The notes beneath the pieces were generated by a model. The model ran no database searches. It had not been told where the DNA came from and saw only the letters and a program-made list of their open reading frames with translations. Below, piece by piece: positions 1-11,788 of a DNA stretch of 64,000 nt (positions are counted from its first letter, which is position 1; each line of letters starts with the position of its first letter). This DNA comes from Lepidodermella squamata (lineage: Eukaryota; Animalia; Gastrotricha), in assembly GCA_047495785.1 (NCBI GenBank), contig JBLDXI010000046.1, forward strand, positions 992,001-1,056,000, given 5' to 3'. A program made the position numbers and the translations under genes.

Positions 1-319
1 TAAAAAAGTAGGTAAACATTTTGAACCTTTTGAAATTGAAATTTGTTTTTCGAATGAATTTTGTCGTTGTAAGAGTTGTAAGAGTTGGAATCGTTGTTGC
101 ATTCTTATTCCAACTAGCTATTCCGAAAGAAATCATGAATAATTTAACACTCTGGAAGTGTCGCAGGGTTGCTAACCTTGCCATGGCTCCAATTGATCGA
201 AAAAGCTGTAGAATAAAACATCATGCCTAGACATGAATCGAATTACGAAAGGTAACAATAGCGCTTAGCATACTTTGAAGCTGTCTCGCTACATGATGCT
301 GCCAATTAGAAACTAGTAC

Positions 320-926
320 ATGGCAAGCTCTAACACTGTCGGGGCTTTGAATCCTGGTAATGACGAGCTATCAAGGCTGAAATCAGCCAGCCAGCTGCCA
401 GACTACTTCCCGCCATCTTATGAATTTCCTCCTAGCAATAACTCTGTGTAAGGATACAGCATTTTGAAACAAACTCGAAAATAATTGTCTCATATTTAGT
501 GAAAACTTTCCGATCGAGCTTCCCGCAGCTCCTGTGCGGCCAGGCTACGCCATACCACAAACTTTAATGGAAGCAGCTATGCCTGAAAGAGACCCTCTCG
601 TCATCACAAAATTGACACGGTGGCGCAACATCGCCCTAGCCCTTTCCATTATCTCTCTAGTCCTCACCTGCATGTGCTGTATAGCAATACCGGCCCTCGT
701 CATGGCTGCGAAACGGCCGCAATACGTCGAATCTCGTAAACATTACATCATTGCTATATCACTGGCGGTCCTCGCCTTCGTCCTTGGTGCTATGTGTATA
801 ATCGCAGCTGCTGTAACTCTGAATATTTTGTATCAAGCTAGGGCGGCTGAGGCTGAGCTAGCAGCGCGGTATCGAACAACATTACCAGCATTTCCAGTCC
901 AGGGTAGTACTCATCACTTTTCTTAG
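320..926 (+). CDS. CD225/dispanin (IFITM/PRRT-like) membrane protein, 2 exons (320-447, 500-926)
   Basis: ATG at 320; GT-AG intron 448-499 joins in frame to ORF 534-926. N-terminal PPSY motif, hydrophobic helix with CMCC, second hydrophobic helix. Confidence 0.6.
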
Positions 927-970
927 ATTTATTGCCATGCATAGAATAAAATTGTGAAGACTATCACTAC

Positions 971-1386
971 TCATTGTTTGTAAACAAAAGCGAGCACCGA
1001 GAGAATAACACTAGAGAACAAGAAGGGCCTTGAGACTTCGATAGACTGAGCACTGTTGCAACTATCCTTCGTACAGCAAACTATGAAAAATATTCCGAAT
1101 TTTTTTAAGAATACGATTAGCACAATTCCTTACGTGTGAATCCACCGAACGTTCCGCCCTCAGTGCAAGTAGTTGTGCAGCCTTTTATAACGGCAGATGC
1201 TGTGTCTACGGTTAGCACTGTTTTGTAGCAGAACGAATTGAGGATACCGCTCTCGCAGGATTCTGCTCGCTCGGTTCCGTCGCAGTTTGAACATTGAACG
1301 CATTTCAAAACTGCCGAAGTAACGATTGAAGTTGATGCCAGCAGAGAAATTGCCGCGATAGCAACCGATAAGTTGATCCTACTCAT
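971..1386 (-). CDS. Ly6/uPAR three-finger protein, likely GPI-anchored; exons 1386-1134 and 1080-971
   Basis: Signal peptide, then LKCVQC...C...C...CYK...KGC...C. Spliced exon 2 gives CCTKDSCN and a hydrophobic C-terminal tail. Confidence 0.85.
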
Positions 1387-1845
1387 TGTTTTATTTTAGA
1401 TCTGCGACAAAATACTTATTAGCAGCTGATAGGCGAAAATTATGATATTCATGCATCGGTTGTGGGTTGTGGTAGAAAAAAATGAGGTTCATAACTCAGT
1501 TTGTCTCATGGGAATAAAATTTCGCAGACAGTGTAGCGTCATTTGCATAACAGGATCGGGAGTACCAAATCAATGCCTTATTAGTAGAACCAGTTTTTTC
1601 TGCGCCAAAATGAGATCTTTTGAACCGGCTTCTCACGTGATTACAGCTGTTTTAGCTATTCAACAGTTCTTTCGTATATAGTTATTTGTTTACAAATGGA
1701 GGGGGAGGGCCTTTCATACTACGTTTTTTACCAACGTGAGTAAGTAAGCTACAACACTGATATAACAGCCAGCTTATCATATATTGCATGTTGTAGCATT
1801 AAGAAAGACTACCTAAAACATCAAACAGCTTTATTCTCGCAAATA

Positions 1846-2676
1846 ATGGCCGATGACTATGAGAGCCGGGCTATCCAACAGCTGTTTTGCCATTGGAACC
1901 TAGGCGAGTTGAGCGAGAGGGAGGCCCGCAAGCGAATAAAGGACTTCGCTTCTGAGCTGGACTATCGATGCACTAGAATTTACGAGAAAATAATCCCAAT
2001 CAGCAAGAAATGTCTGGTAACACCCGTGGCAGCTGTAAGCGAAATGAGCAACTTAGACTGGAATCTAACAGCTTCTAACCCGGTTCTAGTAGACAAAATC
2101 GCCAAATATTTATTCGTGATAGTCATGAAAGAACTACCAGCAGATTCTGGTTTAAAATCAGCTATCGATGTTAACCTCCAATCTTCGAAGGACAGTGGCT
2201 TTGACAGTGACGCCTGCTTATTTAGAGGACAAAACATTCTGAAAATTGAATGTAAAACTGCAATGTGCAACGCAAAATCGCCCAACAGCTACAACATCCA
2301 GCATAGCAAAGCTTTAAAAAATGCCGATGGTTACTTCTGTGTTCTCTGGAAACTCGGAGTGACTGGTTCGACTAAATTCCAGTCTATGGACGATATGCTG
2401 CAAAATATCAGACTTATCGTTTTCGTCTCAGTTTCGGAGTTGGGACTGGCCGGGAAACTGACGAAACGGCAGTTTAGCATTTGCCCGGCTAAGCTAAGCC
2501 TTGTCGGACCGACTGTAGTTTCGAGGCAAGGAAAACAACGGTGCATTCAGACTCTTAAGGCGGCTTTCATTTATGAGCTAGCAGATAGTAGCCAGACTTT
2601 TCAATTCAGTCGATTTGTCGCTGATTGGGCGATTTCTGAGTTGGAACCTAACGAAGTCCTAACAGAGGAAGAGTGA
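1846..2676 (+). CDS. Intronless 276-aa protein with PD-(D/E)xK restriction-endonuclease-like motif
   Basis: Long ATG-started ORF with FDSDA...KIECKTA...YNIQHSK...ADGYF. The fold assignment is by motif only. Confidence 0.55.
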   Translation: MADDYESRAIQQLFCHWNLGELSEREARKRIKDFASELDYRCTRIYEKIIPISKKCLVTPVAAVSEMSNLDWNLTASNPVLVDKIAKYLFVIVMKELPADSGLKSAIDVNLQSSKDSGFDSDACLFRGQNILKIECKTAMCNAKSPNSYNIQHSKALKNADGYFCVLWKLGVTGSTKFQSMDDMLQNIRLIVFVSVSELGLAGKLTKRQFSICPAKLSLVGPTVVSRQGKQRCIQTLKAAFIYELADSSQTFQFSRFVADWAISELEPNEVLTEEE

Positions 2677-2933
2677 CATGAAAATCAGATAATATCCAAC
2701 TTCGGTGAATTTTATTTCAAATAAATTATTATTTTCAAGTTGGATATCATAAGTTCGGTTCTTATTTTTTTATGATTAATTTACCTGTGGTAAACACGGC
2801 GCACGCATGGCGGTATGCCTCATTGAAGAAATTGTAGTATTATTCATAACACGGCCTGAAAAGTATTGATTTCTATGCGCGCATGGGCATTCATTGCTTT
2901 TTACTTCATATATTTTGAATAGCCATATACTAC

Positions 2934-3763
2934 ATGTTAGTCAGCCTTCTACAGGCCCATAGCATGGCGTCAGGGCTAATGCAGCTTTTCTTGCCAAAAT
3001 ACCAGCATAAAACATCGAACAACGTGACGATTCACGTTGATACAGATGACACGGCGTATTGCAATGTCATTTTCTACTATGCGATGCTTAAACGGCGATA
3101 CTCGCTCGTGAAGCATACGTTGATCTACATTGCGGTGCAATCAATTGAAGATGCAGAGCATGAGCTTTCCATACTTCGTCATTATGTCTACGAAGTTACT
3201 CAAATCGACTCTTCCATAGGTCCAGAAATCGTTTTATATGAAGTTGATGCAAATGTAAGCAAGATCTGATTTGTTTGAATTTTTCACGAATTTTCCTGAA
3301 TTTACAGGTAATTGATAGATATTGTGAGGCCCTGAGTATCGGGAAACTAATCGATGTCTCCTGGCATGAAATTCTGAACGATTTGAGGCAGGAGCGATTA
3401 ATCGAAAGTTATAATATCACAAAGAGTAACTGCCGCCACTTTTGCTTGGAATTTTTGAAAAAATGGGACGCTCGCCTCGACAAAACTGGTTGCTACTTCG
3501 ACCAGGCTATGCTCAAACTTCAGACGGTTACTTTTCTCGAGAGTGCTGCCGCGTGGCCTCTTGGCATTGTCAACGACTTCTTCGCGAGTGGATCGGCCTC
3601 GAGCTCTTCTTCCGTGAAAAATCTAGTGCAAAGTGGAACGCATAAAAACCGGCCTGTAACGCAATTCGATGGCTTGGTATTTCGCCGGGCCTTGAAACAC
3701 CGCGATCCCGCAGTGACGCGGGTTTTAACTGAAGATGATGATTCGCCGCCCTCTCGTTTATAA
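2934..3763 (+). CDS. Permuted papain-fold (PPPDE/DeSI or LRAT/NlpC-P60-like) cysteine peptidase; exons 2934-3254, 3308-3763
   Basis: Phase-0 intron 3255-3307 joins two ORFs. His motif KHTLIY precedes YNITKSNCRHFC (His-before-Cys order). Confidence 0.65.
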
Positions 3764-3982
3764 ATACAGAATAAAGGACATTTCAAAGTCTATTTCAGGC
3801 TTGTTTTGGATGGATTGAAGCATCAGGCCTCTAGTTATGCTGCAATTGAAACATGCTGTAATCTTAATCGTTATGCGCCAGCATGGAAATGTTTGCAGGC
3901 CGCAACATGGCGCAAACCCAGGAATCACCAAGAGCTTACCGTGACCATTCTAAAATTTGCAAAGTTTTCGTAAAGCGAGAAA

Positions 3983-5885
3983 ATGTCGGCATTCAAGTTT
4001 AACTATGAAATTTGTTCCGACGACGACGAGTCGCATGATTTCATTGTTAGTAACTTCGTATTCGATCTCATTCATCCAATTTTAAGACTGGAATTTTTAT
4101 TTTTCAGCTGCTGAAATGTCCAAGTTGTGCGAAACTGTTGAAAGATCCGAAATTGCTGCCTTGCGGCCATTCAGCATGCCACCACTGCATTCGAGGCGAC
4201 ATCATGAACGAAGACAAGGAGATGGTTTGCAATGCTTGCGATGACAAGAGGATAACGATCAACAACTTCGACAAACTCAAGGTTGATTATCAAATGAAGA
4301 AGCTGCTCGATGTCATGAAGCAAAACGACCCGGCTATTCTGTCGACGAACCGCTCGAGTCATTTTTTTGAAAGCGCTGGTTTTACAACGCGGAGCTGCCC
4401 GCATTTCTTTATGATGGAAAAGCCGATTTCGTGTGGCCACTGCCAGGCGAAGATGTGCGAGCCTTGCATTCATTACCACCTTGAAACAATTCGGTTGGAA
4501 ATCATCTGGCTAAGCCATACGGTGAGTTGGAATAATTTTGAGTGATCAAATCGTAATCTTAAGCAAATTTCTCTTCAGCTGAATGATCGAGTGAAATTCA
4601 TTGCTGAAAGCCGTAATTCCTCCAAACCACCTGAGGACCATGATCTCGATGAAATTAAAAGGAAGGTTTCGGAAATTGAGGTGTCGCAAGAAGCGATTCG
4701 AAATGGCGATGCTGATTTCCTGTTGAAAACCTTCTCATCCCTTGTGGAAATCGACAAACAGGTATGCTATCCAGCTCAAAGCCCGGTTATTTTCATTTTT
4801 TCTTGTAGATACGTGGGATTGAGCTAGTACTCTTAAAGACAACAGATTCGGCTGATGGTCAACCTTGGGAGAAGAAGCGATTTTACTGTGCCATTGACTC
4901 GGGCGATTTTGACGAGATCAAGGAGATCTTCGAGCACCCGAATTTACCTGACGATTGCAAATCCTACATCATCAACCATTATCGCTATACTGACAAACTG
5001 CTCGGAAACGCCTTGCATTACGCTGCAATTCAAGGCAACGTCCTTGTTGTCCGTTACCTGGTCGAAGTTCTGGGCGCGAATGTCAAATCAGTTTGCCCTT
5101 ACAACACGAATGACGATGCTCGCAAGTTGGCAGTTCACCTCGCTGTCGATGCGAAACGCTTCGAGGTCGTGAAATTGTTCATTGAATTCGATCCGTCATT
5201 GCTCGAAACTACTGATTCATTCGGCAGCACGCCGCTTTTTCTCGCTACTTTCCAGCGTGATTTGCCGATTTTCAAGTATTTATTTCTGGAAGCTGGTGCT
5301 AATTTTAAGTATCGCGATTTCTGGGGCAAATCGATCTTAGAGACCCTGCTCGAAGATGTCTGGGATAGCTTTGACGAAGAAGGCATTATCGAGATGATTG
5401 TTGATAACAAGCCTGAAATCTTTTCAAAACCTGCTATAGCTAAATCGGCTCTTGTTTTGACGGCGAAATACGGCAACGTCAGTTTGGCGAGGAAACTGCT
5501 CTCAATCCATCCTCAAATCGCTGATTCGTTATATCGCCTGAAGTCGAAAACGTTATTGCACATTGCTGCTGGGGCTGGTCAAGTGGCGTTTGCGGACTTC
5601 TTACTCCGAGAACATAAGGTGTGTGTGGAGGCGACGCACCCTATGAACTGGTACACCGCACTTCACTACGCTGCGGCAAAGGGCCATTTAGACATGGTTA
5701 AATTGTTGGTGGAAAAGGCGAATGCTAAAACTTCGAGGTGCGCAATTGATCGTAAAACTACGCCGATCGTTGCTGCTTCTGAAGCTGGACACGAAGAAGT
5801 CGTAGCCTACCTGAAACAGATCAACAGCGAACGAAATCTACCGAATGAAGTACCTGAAATGCCTATGATCTCTGGTTCAGCGTAA
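3983..5885 (+). CDS. RING / variant B-box / coiled-coil / ankyrin-repeat protein (TRIM-like), copy 1; introns ~4046-4107, 4522-4578, ~4762-4809
   Basis: CPSC..DPKLLPCGHSACHHC..CNAC RING; CPH-x9-CGHC-x4-CEPC-x3-H; ankyrin repeats (ALHYAA, TPLFLA, LLHIAA, TALHYAA). Confidence 0.85.
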
Positions 5886-6027
5886 TTCTTGTTTTACCGT
5901 AAAATTACTGAAAAATATCATGGTTGATTTACTAAATAAAAATCTCAGATTGTTGTTAATGCTTCGTTTTGCATTTTTATTAACTGAAGAATATTTACAA
6001 CATCATTTGGCACTCCGTTTTATGCAG

Positions 6028-8516
6028 TCATAGATGTTTGGCTAGATTGAATAGTAAAACAAAGAGGAAGACTCGAAATTGCTCGGTGGAGACTGAGTTA
6101 CCAGTGTTGGAGAAAGAAGACTCAAAGAAAGTGTCTCCTGGCGCTAATTTTACAGAAGAAATCCATTTCGGCAAATTTGATTTCTTCTTCGCTGATCCCA
6201 TAGCTCTCATACAGTTGTAAGACCCATCACAAGCTGCCTCTGAAGCTTTAAGATCTAACAACGCTCTCACAGCATCAATCCGACCGTTTTCAGCCGCGAA
6301 TCGTATAGCATTCCAGCCAATTTTACTCACCAAACTCGAATCAGCTTTCCGATTTAGGAGAAGACGTAACGTTTTAACCTGATCAAACTTGGCTGCCCAC
6401 ATGAGTGGAGTAACGCCATTCAGATCGGTCACTGATACATTGAAGCCGATATCTAGCAGCCAAGTTACTGTTTCGAGACGACCAAGAGACGCAGCTAGAG
6501 ATAAAGCATCAACCCCCTTCTCGTTCCTCGCATTGAAAAGGACTTCTGGTGACTCAGTTTGGTTGAAAATCGATTTAAGACCAGAGAAATCGCCTTTACT
6601 GGCCAAGCAAAGGAACTCAGCGCTCAAGTTTCTTGGGGCTCCTATCGAGACCAAGTACTGAGCGGCATCACATCGGAGAGCGAAAGATGCTACCGCGACA
6701 GCATTCAGGCCGTCTTTGTTCGTGGCGTTCAAATCAGCTCCTTTCTCCAGAACTAGATACTTCAACACATCAACCAGGCCGTATTTCGCTGCTTCGAACA
6801 AGGCCAACTCTTTGTTCCAATGAACATCAGCCCCCTTTTCGAGGAGGTAGTAGAGCAGTTCAGTCCGATTAACAGTACTAGGTGCAGCGACCTTGACCCA
6901 ACACCGTATTGCATCAGTGCTGTTCTCGCTGAATATCCAGTCGCTTTTCCAACTCGCCACGCCCCGAACAGCCATTTTGAGCCCAGCGGAAATTGTTTTG
7001 TTATCAGCTCCATTTTCAACAAGTAATTTGGCAATCCTAAAATGACCCCCTGAAACAGCGTTTTGAAAGGTAGTTGCAGTAATTTTAGCGCCTTTTTCCA
7101 GGAGGTATTTTGCTAGTTCGAAGTTGCCAATCGAAGCAGCAGCGTCGAGTGAATCGTGCAGCTTGCTCCCGTAACTAATAAGAGCCTTAACAGCCTCTAA
7201 ATCGCCAATACATGCTGCGAAATCGATTGCAGTCCTACCGTAAAAGTTTTCGATATCAACATTGCCGCCTTTTGCTAGGATAGCAGCGATAACTTGGCTC
7301 GAGTTTGGGTGCTTAGATTGAGCTGCCATCATAAGAGCGGTGTTCAGGTCATGCCCATCTGGTTGATCTACATTCTCAGACCCAAGCTGGCTAACGATTC
7401 GTTTAACCATTGAGGCCTGGCCATTCTTCGCTGCAATGTGAAGGGCGGTTAGGCCAGAGTTGTCTCTTGTCCTTTCAACTGAAGCTCCGGCTTCCGAAGC
7501 CATATCGAATAATGACTCCGTTCCCATTCCAGCAGCGAAAAGGAATAGAGCACTTGTATTTTTGGCCAAGCCGAACTCAGAGCTTGACAAGAAGTCTACG
7601 GCTTTTGCGCTTTTTGCCAAGGCTGCGACTGTCAAAGCGTTTTGACCGAACTTGTTCTTCGCAAGATGAGCTTGCTTCTCGACCCCCATAATTAATTTCG
7701 CCGCTAAAATGTTGTCGAGTTGAACCGCCTCGAGGAAAGCTGTGTTTCCATCCCAGTTTCTGGCTGAAGCATTCGCCAGCTTGAAAAGATCGACTTTGTT
7801 CTTTGCGATTTCAGACAACCGGAACTGGAAATTCGACCAGTTCGTTGTATCCCGTGGCGATAGAAGGAACCTCACAACTTCTGTGCGATTATGAGTAACG
7901 GCTAGTATTAAGGCGGTGTTTCCATTTTTATCCTTAGCCTCAAGATCAGCGTCAGCGGCCATCAGTAAGGAAACAACGTCTTTATGCCCTCTCGTTGCTG
8001 CGAGCATTAAGGCGGAAGAGCCAAAGTCATTGAATGCATCGATTTCCGCCCCGCTGGCAAGCAATTTCGCCACAACTTCAGTCTGGTTATACATCGCGGC
8101 TAGCATTAAAGCAGTCGTTCCGGACTCTCCTGCCCCAACGTTCACATTAGCCCCTCTTTTAATGAGTAGCTCAACGGTGTCTAATTGGCCGGAACCAGCA
8201 GCTAACATCAAAGCATGGCGCTGATAGTCTAACAAGTCCGGTTCTTCAGTTTCGATGTCGAATCCGTTGTCGAGGAATTTTTTAACCAGTTCGGTATTTC
8301 CGTCTCTAGCAGCAGCTAGGAATTCAGCGGCTGTCCTTGATCCCTATAAAGATCCGGTTTCACAGTATGAAAATTGTTAAGCTATTGCCTTACCGAGTCA
8401 ATAGGCTGCTGGTAAGCGAAAAGAAGCCTGTCCGCTATCTCTCCAGTCGCTAAATTCCACTGGCACGCCGATGCGCTCCAAATTTCGAGGCTGAAAACTA
8501 ACAGAGCGATGCGCAT
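6028..8516 (-). CDS. Long ankyrin-repeat protein (~810 aa) with signal-peptide-like N-terminus and hydrophobic C-terminal tail; exons 8516-8394, 8343-6028
   Basis: Phase-0 intron 8344-8393 joins exon 1 (MRIALLVFSLEIWSASAC) to ORF 6028-8235. Many TALMLAA/TALHIAA repeats; ends FRVFLFVLLFNLAKHL. Confidence 0.85.
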
Positions 8517-8785
8517 TTTGAACCGTAAAACTTCAGTTGAGTTTAACTTGAAAATTTCCTGTTCAGGAACTGCTGACGTGAGGAAACAAGCCGTAAGATA
8601 ACGCTAATCCAGGATAAGCCCAAGTTTGCTCTCACATTAAAGCACGTTGTGGAACATGTGAGCAGATTGTTTTTTGCCATTTTTCATTCATCGTCTCGTA
8701 AACAACACGCCGCAAGTTAAATCTCAAAAGCTGCGTATACCTCAATACCTCAATTTATTTACGCTTATTAAAGACAGTTTTTCTG

Positions 8786-10520
8786 TCACGGGTGGGAGTA
8801 GTTTTTCAATGACTTTGGCGCGGGTGAGTATAAAAACATAACTAAAGGTGTCAAAGTAACTGCGGTAAGGTACAAAAACATATTGCATCGCTCAATAACT
8901 TCGGCCATGTAAACCCACTGATCATGGGGCGATAACGTCTCTTCAACCGGCAGATTCGGCAAATTTTCGGTACTTTGGCTATTTTTCGGTCCGACGATAG
9001 TTACATGGCGATGCCGAACTGAGCCATTGTTCCTAGAGCCGTGAAGAGCTGTAGAAGAATCAGCTCTTTCAACGCTACTTGTTTCGTTAGATGCTACCCA
9101 GCTCGTTGGTAAAACCGATTGTTTCGTGCATTCATTGACGTTTTTGCATGAGTATTCGCAGAAAATGAATCTTCCAATCGATCGAAAGGCCTGAAATACG
9201 CGCGGAGGTGGCGGTTTCTTCTCGCGAGATTCGGCCTTGCGGACAAGTAAGAACACTACTCCTTCGCCAGTGATAGCGATCAAACCGATGTAAATCATTT
9301 GAAGATTGATGAAAATGCTCAAAAATGGAGTAGTCATGCTTGATCTGGTTATGCATAGACATCAGCAAGTTCCTATCAAAATTCTGAAGCATACCGTGGC
9401 ATTTCTGACATTGCCGATTCCTGGAAAACCATGTAAGCCAAAAGGCAAGTAAATGAAATCTCCAGCTTAACGGCCTCCGCAATCTAAAAAAGAAGCCAAG
9501 TGATTGAAAGTGTGAAGATGGTTTAACTCACCGGGACAAGAAATGTTACTGTCTCAACAAAAGCGATCACTAGGCTCGGCATAACGATGTGTATTCGATA
9601 GAACAATGACTTGCGCCTAAGCAATAAAACGAAAAGAGCCCTATCGAAGACTTGTGAGTTGTTCGGGAAATAGATCGGATGGACAATCGCAGATTTGTTT
9701 TCAACAATTTCCCATTGCTCGTTTTCAATCCATAGGTTTGTCACTCTTGCTAGAGCTGACGTGTTTTGCGGTTCGAAGAGCACCAGCTTCTGCATAAATC
9801 TCGGGTAGCTCCAACTTTCGAGAACTAACGCGCAGATTTGTTCGTCGAATGGGAACATAGTTAGGTCAAGTTCGCATTTAATTGAAATTTCCCCGGTTGG
9901 ATACAGCTCCATGTTGCCTTCACGGCTCACGCTTAGTCGAGTCCCTTTAGCTGGGTAGAGCGAGGGATCTTGGCCCATTCTTCCAGTCATGAATGACAAA
10001 CTAGGCGTCCAGGCCATTGTTGCCTCGACGTAGAGGTACTCGATGCAATTCAGGGGAAATTGATCTGCGAAACGCAGGTAGTCATCAGTCCAAAGCAGAG
10101 AGACGTATCCATTCAAAACAAGGGTATTTTCACGTTCGAGCTGAAAAATTGAAAAAGTAATGAAGAAGATTGGAAGAAAGGATTTGTTCAGCTTACAAAT
10201 CTTTCAACTCCAAAGAGACTGAGGCCAATAGTAACTTCAACGGTTTGAGTTGCATCGAATCGAGGCCGGGATTGATTTGAATAATTGCGAAAAATTGCCG
10301 CTATTACGTCTGATTCGGAAACTCCTTATAAGACGAAATTGGTTATTTCACAATAAGGTATAGTTTGAGATTCCTTACTCTGCCCTGAACACTGATCTGT
10401 TTCGAGCTGCGAAGCAGATTTTGGGGTAGTATGAGTCCTGTCGATTGGAGCTAGATTTCCGTAACTTATAGCAGCTACGACGAGCAGCCCGGATAGGGTT
10501 CTAAGACATCTCGAGTACAT
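8786..10520 (-). CDS. Cys-loop ligand-gated ion channel subunit (nAChR-like, non-alpha), 5 exons
   Basis: Signal peptide; YSNQSRP; WTD; WTPSL; Cys-loop CELDLTMFPFDEQIC; ESWSY; RRKSLFY-M1; M2-M4. No vicinal Cys in loop C. Introns 10325-10378, ~10141-10196, ~9484-9531, ~9346-9395. Confidence 0.9.
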
Positions 10521-11366
10521 CTAATACGAGCAGATTTATTCTTCGCCGTCGGAACCCATTGGAATGTAACAGATGTAGACAGCATGGCGATGAAGCAATT
10601 TTAGATTGGATTCTTGTCGATTGCTAAATAATTCATGAACGAAGAGAACTGTTACTAAACTCTGACCACGATCTTGGCAACGATAAATTCTTGTAAGTAT
10701 CTCTTGATTCCTTTATTTTCATAGATTAAATTATTCAACGCGGCGTTCTCACTGCGAGTCGATTGAGTAAACATTGCGGGTTTTGAATGCGTTTCAACTC
10801 CCCTTCGCTTCCGGCTTAATATATCTTTCAACGCCAACTAGAGACAAATCTCTGCAAGACTATCGACTCTGGTCACCTGATCACCAGATTTTCAGTGCTT
10901 AATAATTCATATGAAGGCAACTAATAAAACATGGGAATCCAATGGAGAACAATTCAGAAGAATCGTCAACGAATAGTTCAGATGAATGTAATCCAATTGC
11001 CTGCCTTGACAAATATTATCGAGCTTCGCTTCTCGCCAGCTTTGCCGTGATTAATAAAATCACGAAATACAAAATCTTATCAGGATGTACACAAACAAGG
11101 ATAGTTGAATCGAATGAATGATGTAGCTGAATTTTTCAGGGGGCGGTCAAATATGACTGGATATTGCGAAAAAGTCAACGGTGTATGCAACGTCAAAAGC
11201 AAGGATACTGTAAGGCCTAGCACCTTAGAGAACATTCTCTGCCTGCCACTGCCACTGCGCAATTCCGGAAATGAAAAAACGTGTCTCCAAATTTCCGAGC
11301 TCACGTTCCTTATTTAGTCAGCGATAAAAACACCCAGTGTTTCGTCGAATATTGCTATGATGTAGC

Positions 11367-11700
11367 ATAGTGGCTTCTGATTGGCCTTCTTTGCCCGCAT
11401 CGGCCGAGAATGTCCTGTCAATCCTGCCAAGCGTCGACTACTACCATTTTCGGAGCTTGAGCAACGGCGATTCAAATATGTTCACATCATTCTTGAACCA
11501 AAGCAAATCACCATTCGAGTCGAACATCGCGCCAGTCGCCGCCGGGCCGTTCAAAATGGGCGCTTCGAAAATTGGCCCCAATGCAAGTCCGTCCTTCATT
11601 GGCCTGTGGGATCTAGCTAGTCGTCATGATGTCATAACATTTGCATTCTATGTCAAGGCCAGCTGCATGTACGACGCTGGAATTTTCGGAATTTTCCACA
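11367..11700 (+). pseudogene. Truncated paralogous copy of the N-terminus of the 12445-17328 gene
   Basis: DWPSLPASAENVLSILPSVDYYHFRSLSNGDSNMF closely matches DWPDLPASAEDALSTLPSVDYYHFWSLSNGDSNMF. No intact signal peptide; homology stops near 11695. Confidence 0.8.
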
Positions 11701-11746
11701 ACAGCAGTTTGTCGCGCGCGACGGAATCTTCAAGCTTGACTATCTG

Positions 11747-11747
<1 letters not shown>

Positions 11748-11783
<36 letters not shown>
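11748..11783 (+). repeat. (TG)n microsatellite, probably part of an inserted element that truncates the pseudogene
   Basis: Direct observation of a TG run followed by gtgtccgtgaacctagcttaactc. Confidence 0.9.

Positions 11784-11788
<5 letters not shown>

Noticed and set aside
6038-8224. Numerous short antisense/overlapping ORFs within long genes (also inside ERCC6, TBC and the GPCR)
   Set aside because: They are shadow ORFs of the real coding strand with no independent motifs.
11080-11304. - strand ORF containing a signal-peptide-like MFSKVLGLTVSLLLTL
   Set aside because: It is short, with no convincing continuation or domain.
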